A stretch of DNA of 64,000 nucleotides from Phoronis australis (Eukaryota > Animalia > Phoronida): assembly GCA_002633005.1 (NCBI GenBank), contig NMRA01000077.1, forward strand, positions 558,001 to 622,000, in the 5' to 3' direction. The position numbers and the translations under genes were made by a program. The notes under the pieces were generated by a model that was not told where the DNA came from, did not search any database, and saw nothing but the letters and a program-made list of their open reading frames with translations. Below are positions 1 through 11,001 of the stretch, piece after piece. Position 1 is the first letter of the stretch, and each line of letters starts with the position of its first letter.

Positions 1-590
1 GCATAGGATTGCCTTCAGTTTAGTCAGTGTGGTATCAGCTGCTTGTGCATTATTAACATACCAAGATGAGCATAAAAGCAATGAGTTTGTGTGATGTGCT
101 TTTGATTGCATTATCAGTTTTAGGAACTCATATTTTTGTAAAGTAAGGAATAAGCTCTCCGCCTTTAAAAGTATCACTTTAGCATTTGTTGTTTATGGAC
201 ATATTCATTCATGAGAAATTGTACAGTAACTGTAAATTTGACTTTGTTGTGAAGATTGATCCCATTATGTTTTTGTCCACATATTTGTAGTTTTATTGGG
301 CACATCGCTAGAATGGCCACTTCATGATAAAACAAGAATGAGGCACTCTATTAAACACAAAATACATCCTATGAGCTGTCAGCTTCATGTTCACTGTAGT
401 ATAATCTTAGAAAACAACAAGTGTGAACTTGCTGTATTTCATGACTTGATTTTTTACATCAAAACTTTCAATGCTCGGTGTTGTATGAAACGGGATATCC
501 TAAAGTAAAAGTTAGTAGCATTGTATTTAGCGCAGTGTATCAAAGAATTCATTACTAACTGTTATTGTTTATTTGTATTGTTGTCTGTCA

Positions 591-1128
591 TTTTTATGCG
601 CCCACATATTTATATGTGGACGCATTATGCCGTCATCTGGTGGCCATTTTTTGCCGTTTTCAAATCTGTTTTTGGCGTCACCCCCTTGATCAACCAAATC
701 ATTCTAGTGATGGTTTTGAAAATTGGCCTGTACGTTTTCAGTGTGGAGAGGACGTTTGATGATGGCGACTGACTACTGTGGCGCCTCCTAGTGGTAGTTT
801 TGTTTTATTTTGCACCCATAGCTCTATCTCCAAAATCCACTGCAGGATCTTTATTAAATTTAATAGTGAATTTATATGAAGATAACAGACGACGACTTTC
901 AGACGGATGGAATGGACGTTGTGCCCGTAAGTGTAAATTACATGTTGTTCTGTTTTCCTTTGTTTCTTTGAAGTTCCTTGACAGATTTTTATGAAATATG
1001 GCATGTTCCCGTTTTTGGATGGATTGTACGTTTTTGCTCCGTCTAGTGGCCATTTTTATGATACAAGTAAATAACCCCATTTGCGATGCATTCGTGGGCG
1101 CATTTCAACGCTCCGCGATGCTCTTGTT
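591..1128 (+). mobile_element. Helentron-associated non-autonomous element (HINE/DINE-1-like), internally deleted copy 1
   Basis: 5' TTTTT-ATGCGCCCACATAT-TT-ATATGTGGACGCAT hairpin; 3' sub-terminal inverted repeat GTGGGCGCAT followed by ...GCTCTTGTT. Homologous to the copies at 34.7 and 39.3 kb. Confidence 0.8.
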
Positions 1129-1175
1129 ATTTTTGAGATTACAATGGTTTTAAATTTTATGTATTTGTTCTTCAG

Positions 1176-1304
1176 GGTTACCGCACATTAGATGACTTGC
1201 GCAACAAGACTGACTTAACTCACAATCAAAAGGTTGGCCTCAAGTACTACGATGAATTCTTAGAGAGAATGTTGAGGACTGAAGCTGCAGAGATTGAAAA
1301 AGTG
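1176..1304 (+). CDS. POLL: DNA polymerase lambda, internal coding exon (fingers/palm junction); upstream exons lie outside the window
   Basis: ttcag|GGT...GTG|gtcagt, 129 nt, phase 0/0. Translates GYRTLDDLRNKTDLTHNQKVGLKYYDEFLERMLRTEAAEIEKV, collinear with human Pol lambda [43 protein letters not shown]. Confidence 0.95.
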
Positions 1305-1394
1305 GTCAGTCATTTGTTCCAAATGCTGTTGCTGAAAAATACAGTTTTGTCAAGTACCTGCCAATGCTGTTGAAATATATGTCAAACTACACAT

Positions 1395-1681
1395 GTCATA
1401 GCGCACGTGTCATAGCGCTTGTGTCATAGCGCACGCGTCATAGTGCACGTGTCGTAGCGCACGTGTCGTAGCGCACGTGTCATAGCGCACGTGTCATAGC
1501 GCACGTGTCATAGCGCTCGCGTCATAGCGCACGCGTCATAGCGCACGCGTCATAGCGCACGCGTCGTAGCGCACGTGTCGTAGCGCACGCGTCGTAGCGC
1601 ACGCGTCGTAGCGCACGCGTCATAGCGCACGCGTCATAGCGCACGCGTCATAGCACACGTGTCATCGTGCACATGTCATAG
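1395..1681. repeat. 14-bp minisatellite GTC(A/G)TAGCGCACG(T/C), about 20 copies
   Basis: Direct tandem array in a POLL intron. Confidence 0.95.
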
Positions 1682-2290
1682 TCCCAGTTGTTGCACCAAC
1701 TGGATATTTTTGAGGCCTTCAGTGCAGCAACCAAAGCTAATAACAGACCTATATAAAAACATGTATCATGTATACTTCAACATTTTGCACTTGATATCAA
1801 AGATGCAATAACCATTTCCATTAATGAATAATACTGACTATTTTTGGAGACCTCAACTCAGCTCACAACCTTTGTGGCCTGTCTAAGTTAACCCAGCTCC
1901 AAAGCACTGGGTAATTGTTGGAACGTATTCCCTGAATTCAAGAGTGGATGTTAAAAACCCTAAAAATCAAGAAAAGGCACATATTTTGATGGAAAATTCA
2001 TTGTTAAATAAGCAGGGTTGTCATAGCCCATAACACGGATAGTCCATGGCTGAATTAAGAGGTATGTGGTACAAAGTAAAATATTTAGATTATTGCATTT
2101 TATTAAATGCGTCATATTGTTTAATGCATTTGGTTTTCATTCTCTTTGAAAGCTGCCAGATTATTCACGCTTATTCGGGTGCAGGAAATAAATGTTTAGT
2201 GACCATAACCACGAATGCTCATGAGAGCAAAATTTGAAGTGTTGGGTTAGCTTGTCTCTCTGTAATAATCACGTGTAACCTACCATGAAC

Positions 2291-2446
2291 AAAGTCACAT
2301 AAGACCAGGTTGTTTTTACTTGTAGTTTCTGTGACCTGACGTGACTATGACTGTGTTGAACACATCACAAAGTCACATAAGACCAGGTTGTTTTTACTTG
2401 TAGTTTCTGTGACCTGACGTGACTACGACTGTGTTGAACACATCAC
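2291..2446. repeat. 78-bp tandem duplication
   Basis: Two near-identical copies of aaagtcacataagaccagg...gaacacatcac. Confidence 0.95.
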
Positions 2447-2610
2447 ATCGATATAAGAAAAACGTTTTTTCATTTGACTGCTTTCAACAGATTTTTCATA
2501 CTAGTAACAAATCTGGAAAATATCTTCCAGCGCAAAGTGGTTGTTTTTTAAATATTTATTTGCTTTTTGCATAGTTGCATACATACGATGAATGAGACGA
2601 GAACGCACAA

Positions 2611-2611
<1 letters not shown>

Positions 2612-2653
<42 letters not shown>
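2612..2653. repeat. (CA)n microsatellite
   Basis: Seen directly. Confidence 0.98.
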
Positions 2654-2655
<2 letters not shown>

Positions 2656-3907
2656 CATAAAAAGAGCTTTTTCATTACATTTATCAGTACATGACATTTT
2701 TCAAAAGAATACATTTCTGAGTATCCATTTCATGTTCCTTGTGATTACAAAAAGTATTTATATTTAAAGTGGAACTTGCAAGCTTATTCCTTATCTCTGT
2801 AATTGCTTAGCCAAATTAGTTAGAAACACAACATACAGCAACGATGTGAATATGAAGTATGTTGAAAATTGCCAAATGTTTTTAAGAACGAGTTTTGTGG
2901 CGATAATGATCTCCCACAGATCACTGAACAGTGTCCAATAAGTATCATGACGTGGTGCTGGGAAATAACACTGTATGATGTGAGCCCACAAGGTACGTCA
3001 TTAGTGCAAAGGCCACCTATTGGCAGAATTTTTTGTTTTCACAGTTACACGTTATCAGTGAATAAAACTGCACTTTGTTGTAGCTTAGATTATGTTAAAA
3101 TAGCATTGTTGTTTAGTTCCGGCTACACTAGCATGGGTAGGGCATACAAATACATGTTTAAAGGATTCTTTCTGATTCTACAACTGTAAATATTTTTTTA
3201 CATTGCAACAATACGTAGTTAATGACTTAGTTGTCTTTTTAACTATATTCTGAAAATTAGTATCTTTTTATTTATAGCTAAATGTAAACCCTTCTTAGCC
3301 AATCACCAAGCACTAACATCTGATAGAAAATTCCCATACACATTACATTAAAAAATACATGTTCTAGAGTTTCTCTAAATTACAGAAAGTACAATTTTCA
3401 CAGTCAGTCATATTTATTTTTAACAAGAACGAATTGGTAGTCTAAATCCTGTGTAATATTCTGTATTGCAGCCATAGTAATGAAGAGTCCAGTGTACATT
3501 TAAAGGGAGTTAAATAGTATTTTTCCATGTGTCATCATCTACATGAAAACCCTTTGTCAAAAGTGGTTGTTGTGTTGTTTACCGCCTACACTCATAGACA
3601 GCAAACATCTCATCAATATTGTGGTTTGCACCCCAAGGTGCATTTGGCCGAATTGTTCACAAATGTCACACATCTCCATTCTTTTAAAGATCCTAACCAC
3701 CTCACTATCGACACCAGTTGTGAGGTAGGCCTCTCGTGAGTATTCGTTAGCAATGCTAAAAAGCATAATTTAGTTCAACCATGACAAAATTACTGACAGA
3801 ACTTTTAAGAAAGCTTGCTTGTTTCAGGGTTTGTCAGGAGTAATAATTATAAACAAAACACCGCGTTGTTTGACACTTGAAGACAGTGGAGTATTTTCAT
3901 CTTCAAG

Positions 3908-4076
3908 GTAGTGGAAGCGTCAAGAACACTGCAGCCGGGCATTGTGGGAATGGCATGTGGCTCGTACAGACGCGGACGAGAGACCTGCGGTGACGTGGAT
4001 GTCCTGATTACTCATCCTGATGGGGTATCACATGAAGGCCTGTTCACCAAACTACTTGATCATCTTCACAACATTG
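3908..4076 (+). CDS. POLL: DNA polymerase lambda exon, palm with the catalytic DxD motif
   Basis: ttcaag|GTA...ATTG|gtacat, 169 nt. Translates VVEASRTLQPGIVGMACGSYRRGRETCGDVDVLITHPDGVSHEGLFTKLLDHLHNI, with the X-family signature GSYRRG...GDVDVLITHPD. Confidence 0.97.
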
Positions 4077-5381
4077 GTACATGCGAGAATCAGGGGGGGG
4101 ATTCTCTTTCACTCAGATAATGTATTGGTTGTGTTAATGCAATCCCAAAATCCGTGAGTACTCAATATTAAATGATGAAAAACCCAATCCCGACCCAATG
4201 CCACAATGGCTACTTCTTTCTGCCGTGACAATACCACTATGGCCAGAAAGGACAAAACACTCACCTAGGGTAACACTTGAGACTGAAAACTGCATATCCG
4301 TAACGTCATAACTGAGTGGGTATAATACCAACACAAATTGGTGACCTGTCCTAAATCGTTCATAGAACAAAAGCAATGATGTTTATCTATTCATACAGCA
4401 ACCATTCTCTGCCTTTTTAAAAATTATCTAGCCATGACGTTGCTAGTCAATTGATAAAAGAATAAAAAATGACCTGCCATTCACAACAGTTGACAAGGAA
4501 ATAGCTAATCAGTGGAAAATCAGAGACCCATGCAGGACTTACTTTTCTGCAACTGCTTTCAAGAGCGTGATACAAGGGACTATGGTGTTACGCAGATGCT
4601 ATTAATTCAAACTGTTCCAGGTGCATGATATGAAGGGCTACATTTAAATTCATCGGATAAAAACCAATATTGCTACTTGTGGGCTAGTGGTCTCGCTGGC
4701 CAATAGTATTTGAGCTCGTCTGTCACTAAGCCCCTCTGTAAGAAAAGTATTAGAGTCCTGTGGAGTTTACCTGTCTGAACATTTAGATGTCATGACATTT
4801 AGTGTTTAGGCAGGGAACCAGCCAGCTGCAGAATGTTGTACTTGAAGAAACAGTATTGATCACCCTTGAACATTCGTTGATCTAAGGTAGTGTGATAGTT
4901 GCCGTGCTGGTATAATTATTAGCATACTAGTTACATAGTGTGGCATGGACATGTTTATTTATTAAATATTGATGGATCTGTTAAAGTTCAACATTCCCAT
5001 GATGAGGTAACAAGATGGATTGTTTGAGTAAATTTACTATTTTTGTGTGCTTTGTTAGGTTGTTCATTTGGGTGAATTTTGGACTGAGTCTGGATTTTGT
5101 GAAGGCTACTTGCAGTAGCTTTATGTATCAATGCTTAGTGTTGGAATTTACCTGTACACCTTATGCAACTAGCCGAAGTGGGTCAGGATCTTTCTTTTTA
5201 ATCTTTAAACAGTGAGGTGCAGGTTTCAAAGTGCAATCGGACACTGACCAAAATCAGTTATGCTATTTGTTGCCAAATATTAATTTTCCGATTAGGGTCA
5301 CTACTTACAGTTAGATCGCATCTAAAATGTGTTTTTTCATTCATTTATTAAAAATGGTTCCTTTCTCCCTTGTCATTTTAG

Positions 5382-5473
5382 GGTTCCTGACTGAGGACTT
5401 AGTAGCTCAGAAAGACAATGGTAACCAGGTGAAATACCTGGGTGTGTGTAAATTACCTGGTCAGCATACAAAG
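5382..5473 (+). CDS. POLL: DNA polymerase lambda exon (loop 1 region)
   Basis: tttag|GG TTC...AAG|gtttgt, 92 nt, phase 1/0, frame-compatible with the previous exon. Translates (G)[30 protein letters not shown]. The short loop 1 matches Pol lambda rather than Pol mu or TdT. Confidence 0.95.
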
Positions 5474-5759
5474 GTTTGTGCTGAATTCTTTAAACTTCGA
5501 GGGGTTCTATGTAACAGGAGAAAGGCATAGTCTAATAGCGGACTTTTCATATTGGTGCTCTTTAGAGTAACAAGAGCATAACAATGACTTCTGCTTGATC
5601 CCAAATCAGGTTCAGTGGACAGAAATTCAATTACAAAATAGTGAAACAAAGGAATAGATCCCTCTGTCAGCCCCTCCCATTGTTCGATTAGGTTAAGTTC
5701 ACTAATTTAACCAAGGGGAGCAATTTAGCATTTGAAGTTTTTACAAAATTTTGTGTTTG

Positions 5760-5915
5760 GATCAATCAGTGTGGTCTGACAATGGTTGCACCATTGTATG
5801 CTCCCAGGGAGTTCAGAAAGATTAGGATTGATCAGGTCCATATCCAGGTAATAATTTTTGAAGTGCTTAGCAACTTACAAAGCTACGTGAATCTAGACTA
5901 GTTATTTTTGTTGTT
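5760..5915 (+). mobile_element. Decayed SINE 3' portion
   Basis: tgtatgctcccagggagttcagaaag...tgaagtgcttag... followed by a simple tail. Resembles recalled echinoderm SINE 3' regions. Confidence 0.35.
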
Positions 5916-6055
5916 TTTTTGTTTGTCATTGAGTGAGTCCACAACGTCATGCTAAACTAGTGCCTATGGTTTGCAAGAAGCACTTTAAACATCCATACTA
6001 CCACTGCTTGCGACTTCAGAATGGTATTCCTCACACTACATTGTATTATTTACAG

Positions 6056-6217
6056 CACCGCCGTCTGGATATAATCATTGTTCCCTACTCAGAGTTTGCC
6101 TGCGCACAGATGTACTTCACAGGATCAGCTCATTTTAATCGCTCTATGAGGAATTTGTGCAAACAGAGAGGAATGTCGCTGTCAGAGCATTCACTCAACT
6201 CTGGAGTCATCAGGAAG
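6056..6217 (+). CDS. POLL: DNA polymerase lambda exon with the third catalytic Asp and the YFTGS motif
   Basis: tacag|CAC...AAG|gttggc, 162 nt. Translates [54 protein letters not shown]. Confidence 0.97.
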
Positions 6218-6343
6218 GTTGGCATCCTTTCTTAGAAACCCACCTTCCGTCACATAAGCAAATTTTTATTTAAACCCCCTACGTTTATGAAATTGCTCTC
6301 GTGAATTTGAAGGTGATATCAGAGCTTTAAAAGAATTAAGAGC

Positions 6344-6638
6344 TCATTATTGCTTGAGATCAGGCTCTGCAAGTTGGCTTGTCATGGTGTGTCATTGTTA
6401 TTGTTTGAGATCACGCTCTGCAAGTTGACTTGTCATGGTGTGTCATTGTTATTGTTTGAGATCAAGCTTTGCAAGTTGACTTGTCATGGCGTGTCATTGT
6501 TATTGTTTGAGATCAAGCTCTGCAAGTTGGCTTGTCATGGCGTGTCATTGTTATTGTCTGAGATCAGGCTCTGCAAGTTGGCTTGTCATGGCGTGTCATT
6601 GTTATTGTTTGAGATCAAGCTCTGCAAGTTGGCTTGTC
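6344..6638. repeat. 51-bp minisatellite, about 6 copies
   Basis: Unit ttattgtttgagatcaagctctgcaagttggcttgtcatggcgtgtcattg. Confidence 0.95.
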
Positions 6639-7099
6639 AAAGCGTGTTATTTTATGCGCTGAGCATGCTCAAGGAATAATGATCTCCCAGTTTGTCTCCA
6701 TATTAATACATAAAAATGGTTCCAGGTGATCAGTGCAATGGGTCCACCTGAGCGGCTTGCACACATCTGTTAGAACGTGTACCAGACCACTTGCAATTAT
6801 TTTTTTCAAAGCCAGTAAGGAACAAATGGAAACCAAATTGATGATAAGTAGTCTAAATTAAAAGGTTCACTTCTTGTACGGAGCATGGGTTTATCAACAC
6901 TTTTATCACTGTAATCATAGACTGGTTAACCCTTATATCTGGTAAAAAAATTCTGATGTTGTAATAGCAATGTTGGTAACAACCATCAAAAGAATGAGAT
7001 ATCACCTGCCACTGATTTGAAGCTGGCCAATGCCAACAGTCCAAGCTTTTCATTACTTGCCCTGATCGAGTGATCTATTTAGTTTCATGTGGACGAAGA

Positions 7100-7400
7100 T
7101 TCTTGCGAGAAAAGCGAGATCTCGCAAGACCCTGTAAAATGATCCGAGTGAAATGTGTTTTACATGTCTGGTCAAGACCTTAGTAGTGTAAATGGTGGCC
7201 ACGGAAGTAGATTGGTTTTTGAGGTTGGGATGTTAAATTGTGGGATTGAATTCGTAAAGTATGGGATTGATCAGTGTTTCCATTTTGTAAGCAAAGATTT
7301 TTTGTTGAAAGTACAAGCCAATGTCTTGGGATCTACAGAACACAGCAAGCCTGTTTGGAATCGAATCATTGTCCATCACATTGTGGAGAAGTTTTGGCAA
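7100..7400 (+). repeat. Unclassified dispersed repeat, related to 60390-60620 and 51060-51200
   Basis: Shared block aaatgg(t/c)g(g/a)ccac...gattgg...gagg...atgtt(a/g)aattgtgggat(t/g)gaattc. Confidence 0.5.
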
Positions 7401-8297
7401 TCTTTTTGTGTGGTTGAGTAACATGCTTCTGGATAATGTGTTAGGCTATGTGCCTGCTCTACATTGAATATTGGTTATTTTTTGTATGTTCATTCCTTCA
7501 GAAAAAAAAAACAGGTTGTGCAAAGGATAAATTGTTCCTGCCTTGCGTGACATCTCAAAATTGCTTCACTACATTGTTAAGTTGGATGAATGCTGCAAGT
7601 AAAGGTTCATTTTCTGTGTTCTGCACTAAACTTATAGGTCATTGTTTTTATGGTTGTTCCTTTTACTAATTCCCTTTAATGTGATTCATGTTTTCCAAGT
7701 GTATCTAAGCAATTCCCAATGTTAAAGAAAATGTACTATTCATTTTTAAAAGCATTGTCATTAAATATTTTTATAGTTTTCTCGGAGTGAAAAATATCTA
7801 AACCATTCACCTCTGTTTGTGTTTGTTTTTGTGATGAGAACAAAACCATGTGTGTACAAACTGGTACATGCTGCCATTAGGTGTTGGTAGAATTTCACAT
7901 AGTGTGGATAGGTCTTTGTATTATGAGAAAAATCTTACCTTTTACACCTTTTGAAATATCAGTAAAGTTTAAGGTTTCTCATTTTGATTGGCCAAAAATT
8001 CACCAAATTAATCAGTCAGAGAATAAAAACAATCAGTATTACCTGTTTACTCTTTTAACACATACCTGTAGATGCTTGGCTTTTGGTCACAGTATTTTGT
8101 TGGTCCTCTTTGTAGTTTTGTATAGTACAATGACCTATATTGGTTTATTCTGATATTTAAATTTACATTGTGTGCTATTAATGTAATATGATTATTATCT
8201 TGGGACATCTGTTCCACACAATGGCAAGTGTTAAATGTTTTGATTTAATGTTGTGACATGTTGTAAGGTGTGTTCACACTTCTTGTTAACTATGGGC

Positions 8298-8382
8298 TAT
8301 ATATGTATGTATGTATATATGTATGTATGTATGTATGCATGTATGTATGTATGCATATGCATAGATATGCATGTGCATATAT
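8298..8382. repeat. (TATG)n imperfect microsatellite
   Basis: Seen directly. Confidence 0.9.
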
Positions 8383-8681
8383 TTAATTTTGAAATTGCCC
8401 ATCTTAGCACATGGAAGCAGCGCTCAGTGTGACTTAGCTGCATAATTTTTCACAGGGATTCTTGAACATTAAGGCTTTGCATTTAATCTAACTAATTATT
8501 GGGATGTAGAAAGCAATATCATGAATAAAACCTTAATGTCTAGCAGATAATTGTCAAATTTTCATGACTAGGAAAGGCATAGACTGCTGACCCGAATCAA
8601 ATTACGTGCAGGAGGTTTGTTTTTATCTCACTGAATGACCTTGACATTTCTTAAGGTATTGTGTTTTGTCTGTATTTTTAG

Positions 8682-8789
8682 AATGGTGTCAAGGTACATC
8701 CCGGTCACCCTCTTCAAACTCCAACTGAGGCTTCCATATTTGAACATTTGGGATTGACATACCGCTCTCCAAAGGAAAGAGATCATTAA
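8682..8789 (+). CDS. POLL: DNA polymerase lambda terminal coding exon (thumb) with stop codon
   Basis: tttttag|AAT...CAT TAA. Translates NGVKVHPGHPLQTPTEASIFEHLGLTYRSPKERDH*, matching the human C-terminus [34 protein letters not shown]. Confidence 0.95.
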   Translation, partial: NGVKVHPGHPLQTPTEASIFEHLGLTYRSPKERDH

Positions 8790-11001
8790 AGTGTATGAAG
8801 AGATCTCTAAGATGTACATTCCCTATGTACCAAATTGTGATGAAGCTTAGATTGCTTTGCTTTGCTGCTTTTTTAACTATACCTGTGTAAATTATTGAAT
8901 AGTGAAAACAAGATGCTGTTTCATATCGACATTTTGATGTTACCCAATAGTATCATCAGGATTATTGTCAGCACAAATGCCAGAAAAACAGTCAATTACT
9001 TAGCTTTTTTCTCGCCTTTACACATATTTATTGCATCTGTGTGCTGACTATAATCCTGATGATAATGAGTAATATTAAGACTTCGATATGAAACAGTGTC
9101 TTGTTTTTATTCTTTAACTTTTTACTATACCTGTGCTAATGAACAGTACACCTTTGAGAGTTTTGTGTAATTTGATTGATAATTTTCTGTAATTTTTGTA
9201 ATGGTGCTGCTTGTGAGTGTCCCCGTTTTTAAAATTTTAGAGCTTTGCAGAACACTCTCAGGAAGTTAATATACTTTGGCTTATTTTTGTTGTAGTTACT
9301 GGAATGATTTTTGTCTGTTTAATTTGCACTGATAATGTGCTAAAGTGCAATATTTGGAACACTTGTCATTTATTTTATCCTGTTTTTATTTATTCTGGTC
9401 CCAGCAATCTCTGTGTTATATTACAATACTTGTATCTGTGATGTCACTATAGGTTCAAGAATAATATGACTGTTACTGAGACATCCATTTTTACCCAATG
9501 GGGAGTGTTGAATGTTTTAATATTACAACTTCCTTTCTATGTTTATACTGGGTGGGAATGGAGCAGCCCATAGGTTTTTATTTTGTCTTAATTACCAACT
9601 TCATTCTTATTTTGTCTTGCTGTGAGCGTAAAACTTTAGCTCTGGAATGCCAGTTCCCGCGCATGACCTATGTATTCTATTGTTAGAGCTTGCAACCCCA
9701 AGACTTGCAGAGAGAGTTTGCACTATGAATTTCTGGCTGTCTGCTTGACTGAGTTTTGATCGAGTGTTGTAGCTATTAAAGCAAGCCTAATTTCATTGCC
9801 CCATTTTTATTTTGTTATTTTTGTTCATCTAGTGTGGCTCTTGAGGTAGGGTTCCAGCAATTTCTGGGCAATAGTAGTCAACAAACCGGACAATTTCACT
9901 GGTTATTCTTTATACACACCTACCTGTGGCCCTGGCTGGATGGCCTCTGATATCTTTCCAGCTCAACAGCCTATCAAACTACATGACAGGAGTTTTTCAA
10001 CAAGACATTTTTGGTGTTACAATCATGTTTCAGTATTTTATGGAAAGAAATAACATTTGGTTTTTCCGAGTTTTTGTCCTGCAATTATAAATTAAAATTT
10101 TAGGCCCTACCAACAGATGTGTTTATGTAACTTTCGAAAAACTACTCGTAGCTAAGTGGTGGGTGTGTGTATCTGCATGTTTATATTATTATTGTTATAT
10201 ATTATTACTGTTTTTAATTGTTTCTATAAAAACAATTCATTTGTGCTATGTTTACCCGTTGCCCAGATGCCATTTTGTTAATTAGATTTCTGAATAGTTG
10301 GCCTACTGTCATCTGTTGTGTTTACCTATACCCCTGAAATAAAATTTAAGAAATGAAAAGTTTATCTTGTAAAATAATCCAATCCAGTTCTTTGTGTTTC
10401 TAACAATGTACAGTTTTCCTGCTCTTGGCAAACTGTCACACTTTCAATTTTCCTCCCATCTCTCCACACCATCAGAATGTCCCCTTTTTGACACATGGCG
10501 AAATTGGCATAATTATCATATACTGTTGTAATTATCATATACTATTGTAATTTCCTATGCGACATACCTATATTTTTCCCTTGGGCTAAAAAAGAAAACA
10601 AAAATCACCATCAAGCACTTTTGCTCAACAAAAAATGTTGTCAGGACGTTTTTGCGCGTTGCAGGGAACATTTCACTGTTGCGATTTGTCAGACGCAGAA
10701 GTTCCGCTTTTCAATGAATCCAGTTGTTATGTTTTGTTTTCATGTGGACTGTGACAACTATGCAACAGGTGCTTAAAATAATGTCTGTGTTATGAATATT
10801 GTTTTTTCCGAAGTGCACTTTCTTTAGTAATATAAAAAATGTGTTATATGCTGTGAGGTTAGCTGTTATTCACCTGCCCAGGTGAAGAATGTATTGCTTG
10901 ATATATCATTAATTTTGTATATTTATTCTACCCATTGAATAAAGTCAGTGATATTTATGGGTTTACTCGGCGTTATCTCGTGAAATAAGAATGAGAATAA
11001 A
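8790..11001 (+). other. POLL: Probable POLL 3' UTR with candidate polyadenylation signals
   Basis: U-rich sequence follows the stop. AATAAA occurs at 10338-10343, 10938-10943 and 10996-11001. The true 3' end cannot be fixed without transcript data. Confidence 0.5.
8876..9135. mobile_element. Foldback insertion (possibly inverted Penelope-like pseudo-LTR fragments) with a 12-bp target-site duplication
   Basis: Arms 8905-8980 and 9033-9107 are imperfect reverse complements. ACTATACCTGTG flanks both sides. Each arm has CTGATGA...GAAAC. Confidence 0.55.

Noticed and set aside
6350-6679. Repetitive ORFs in the track (also at 26.6, 27.2-27.7, 37.9, 41.9, 49.0, 52.0 and 58.4 kb)
   Set aside because: They are translations of stop-free minisatellites, often open on both strands, with no splice or homology support.
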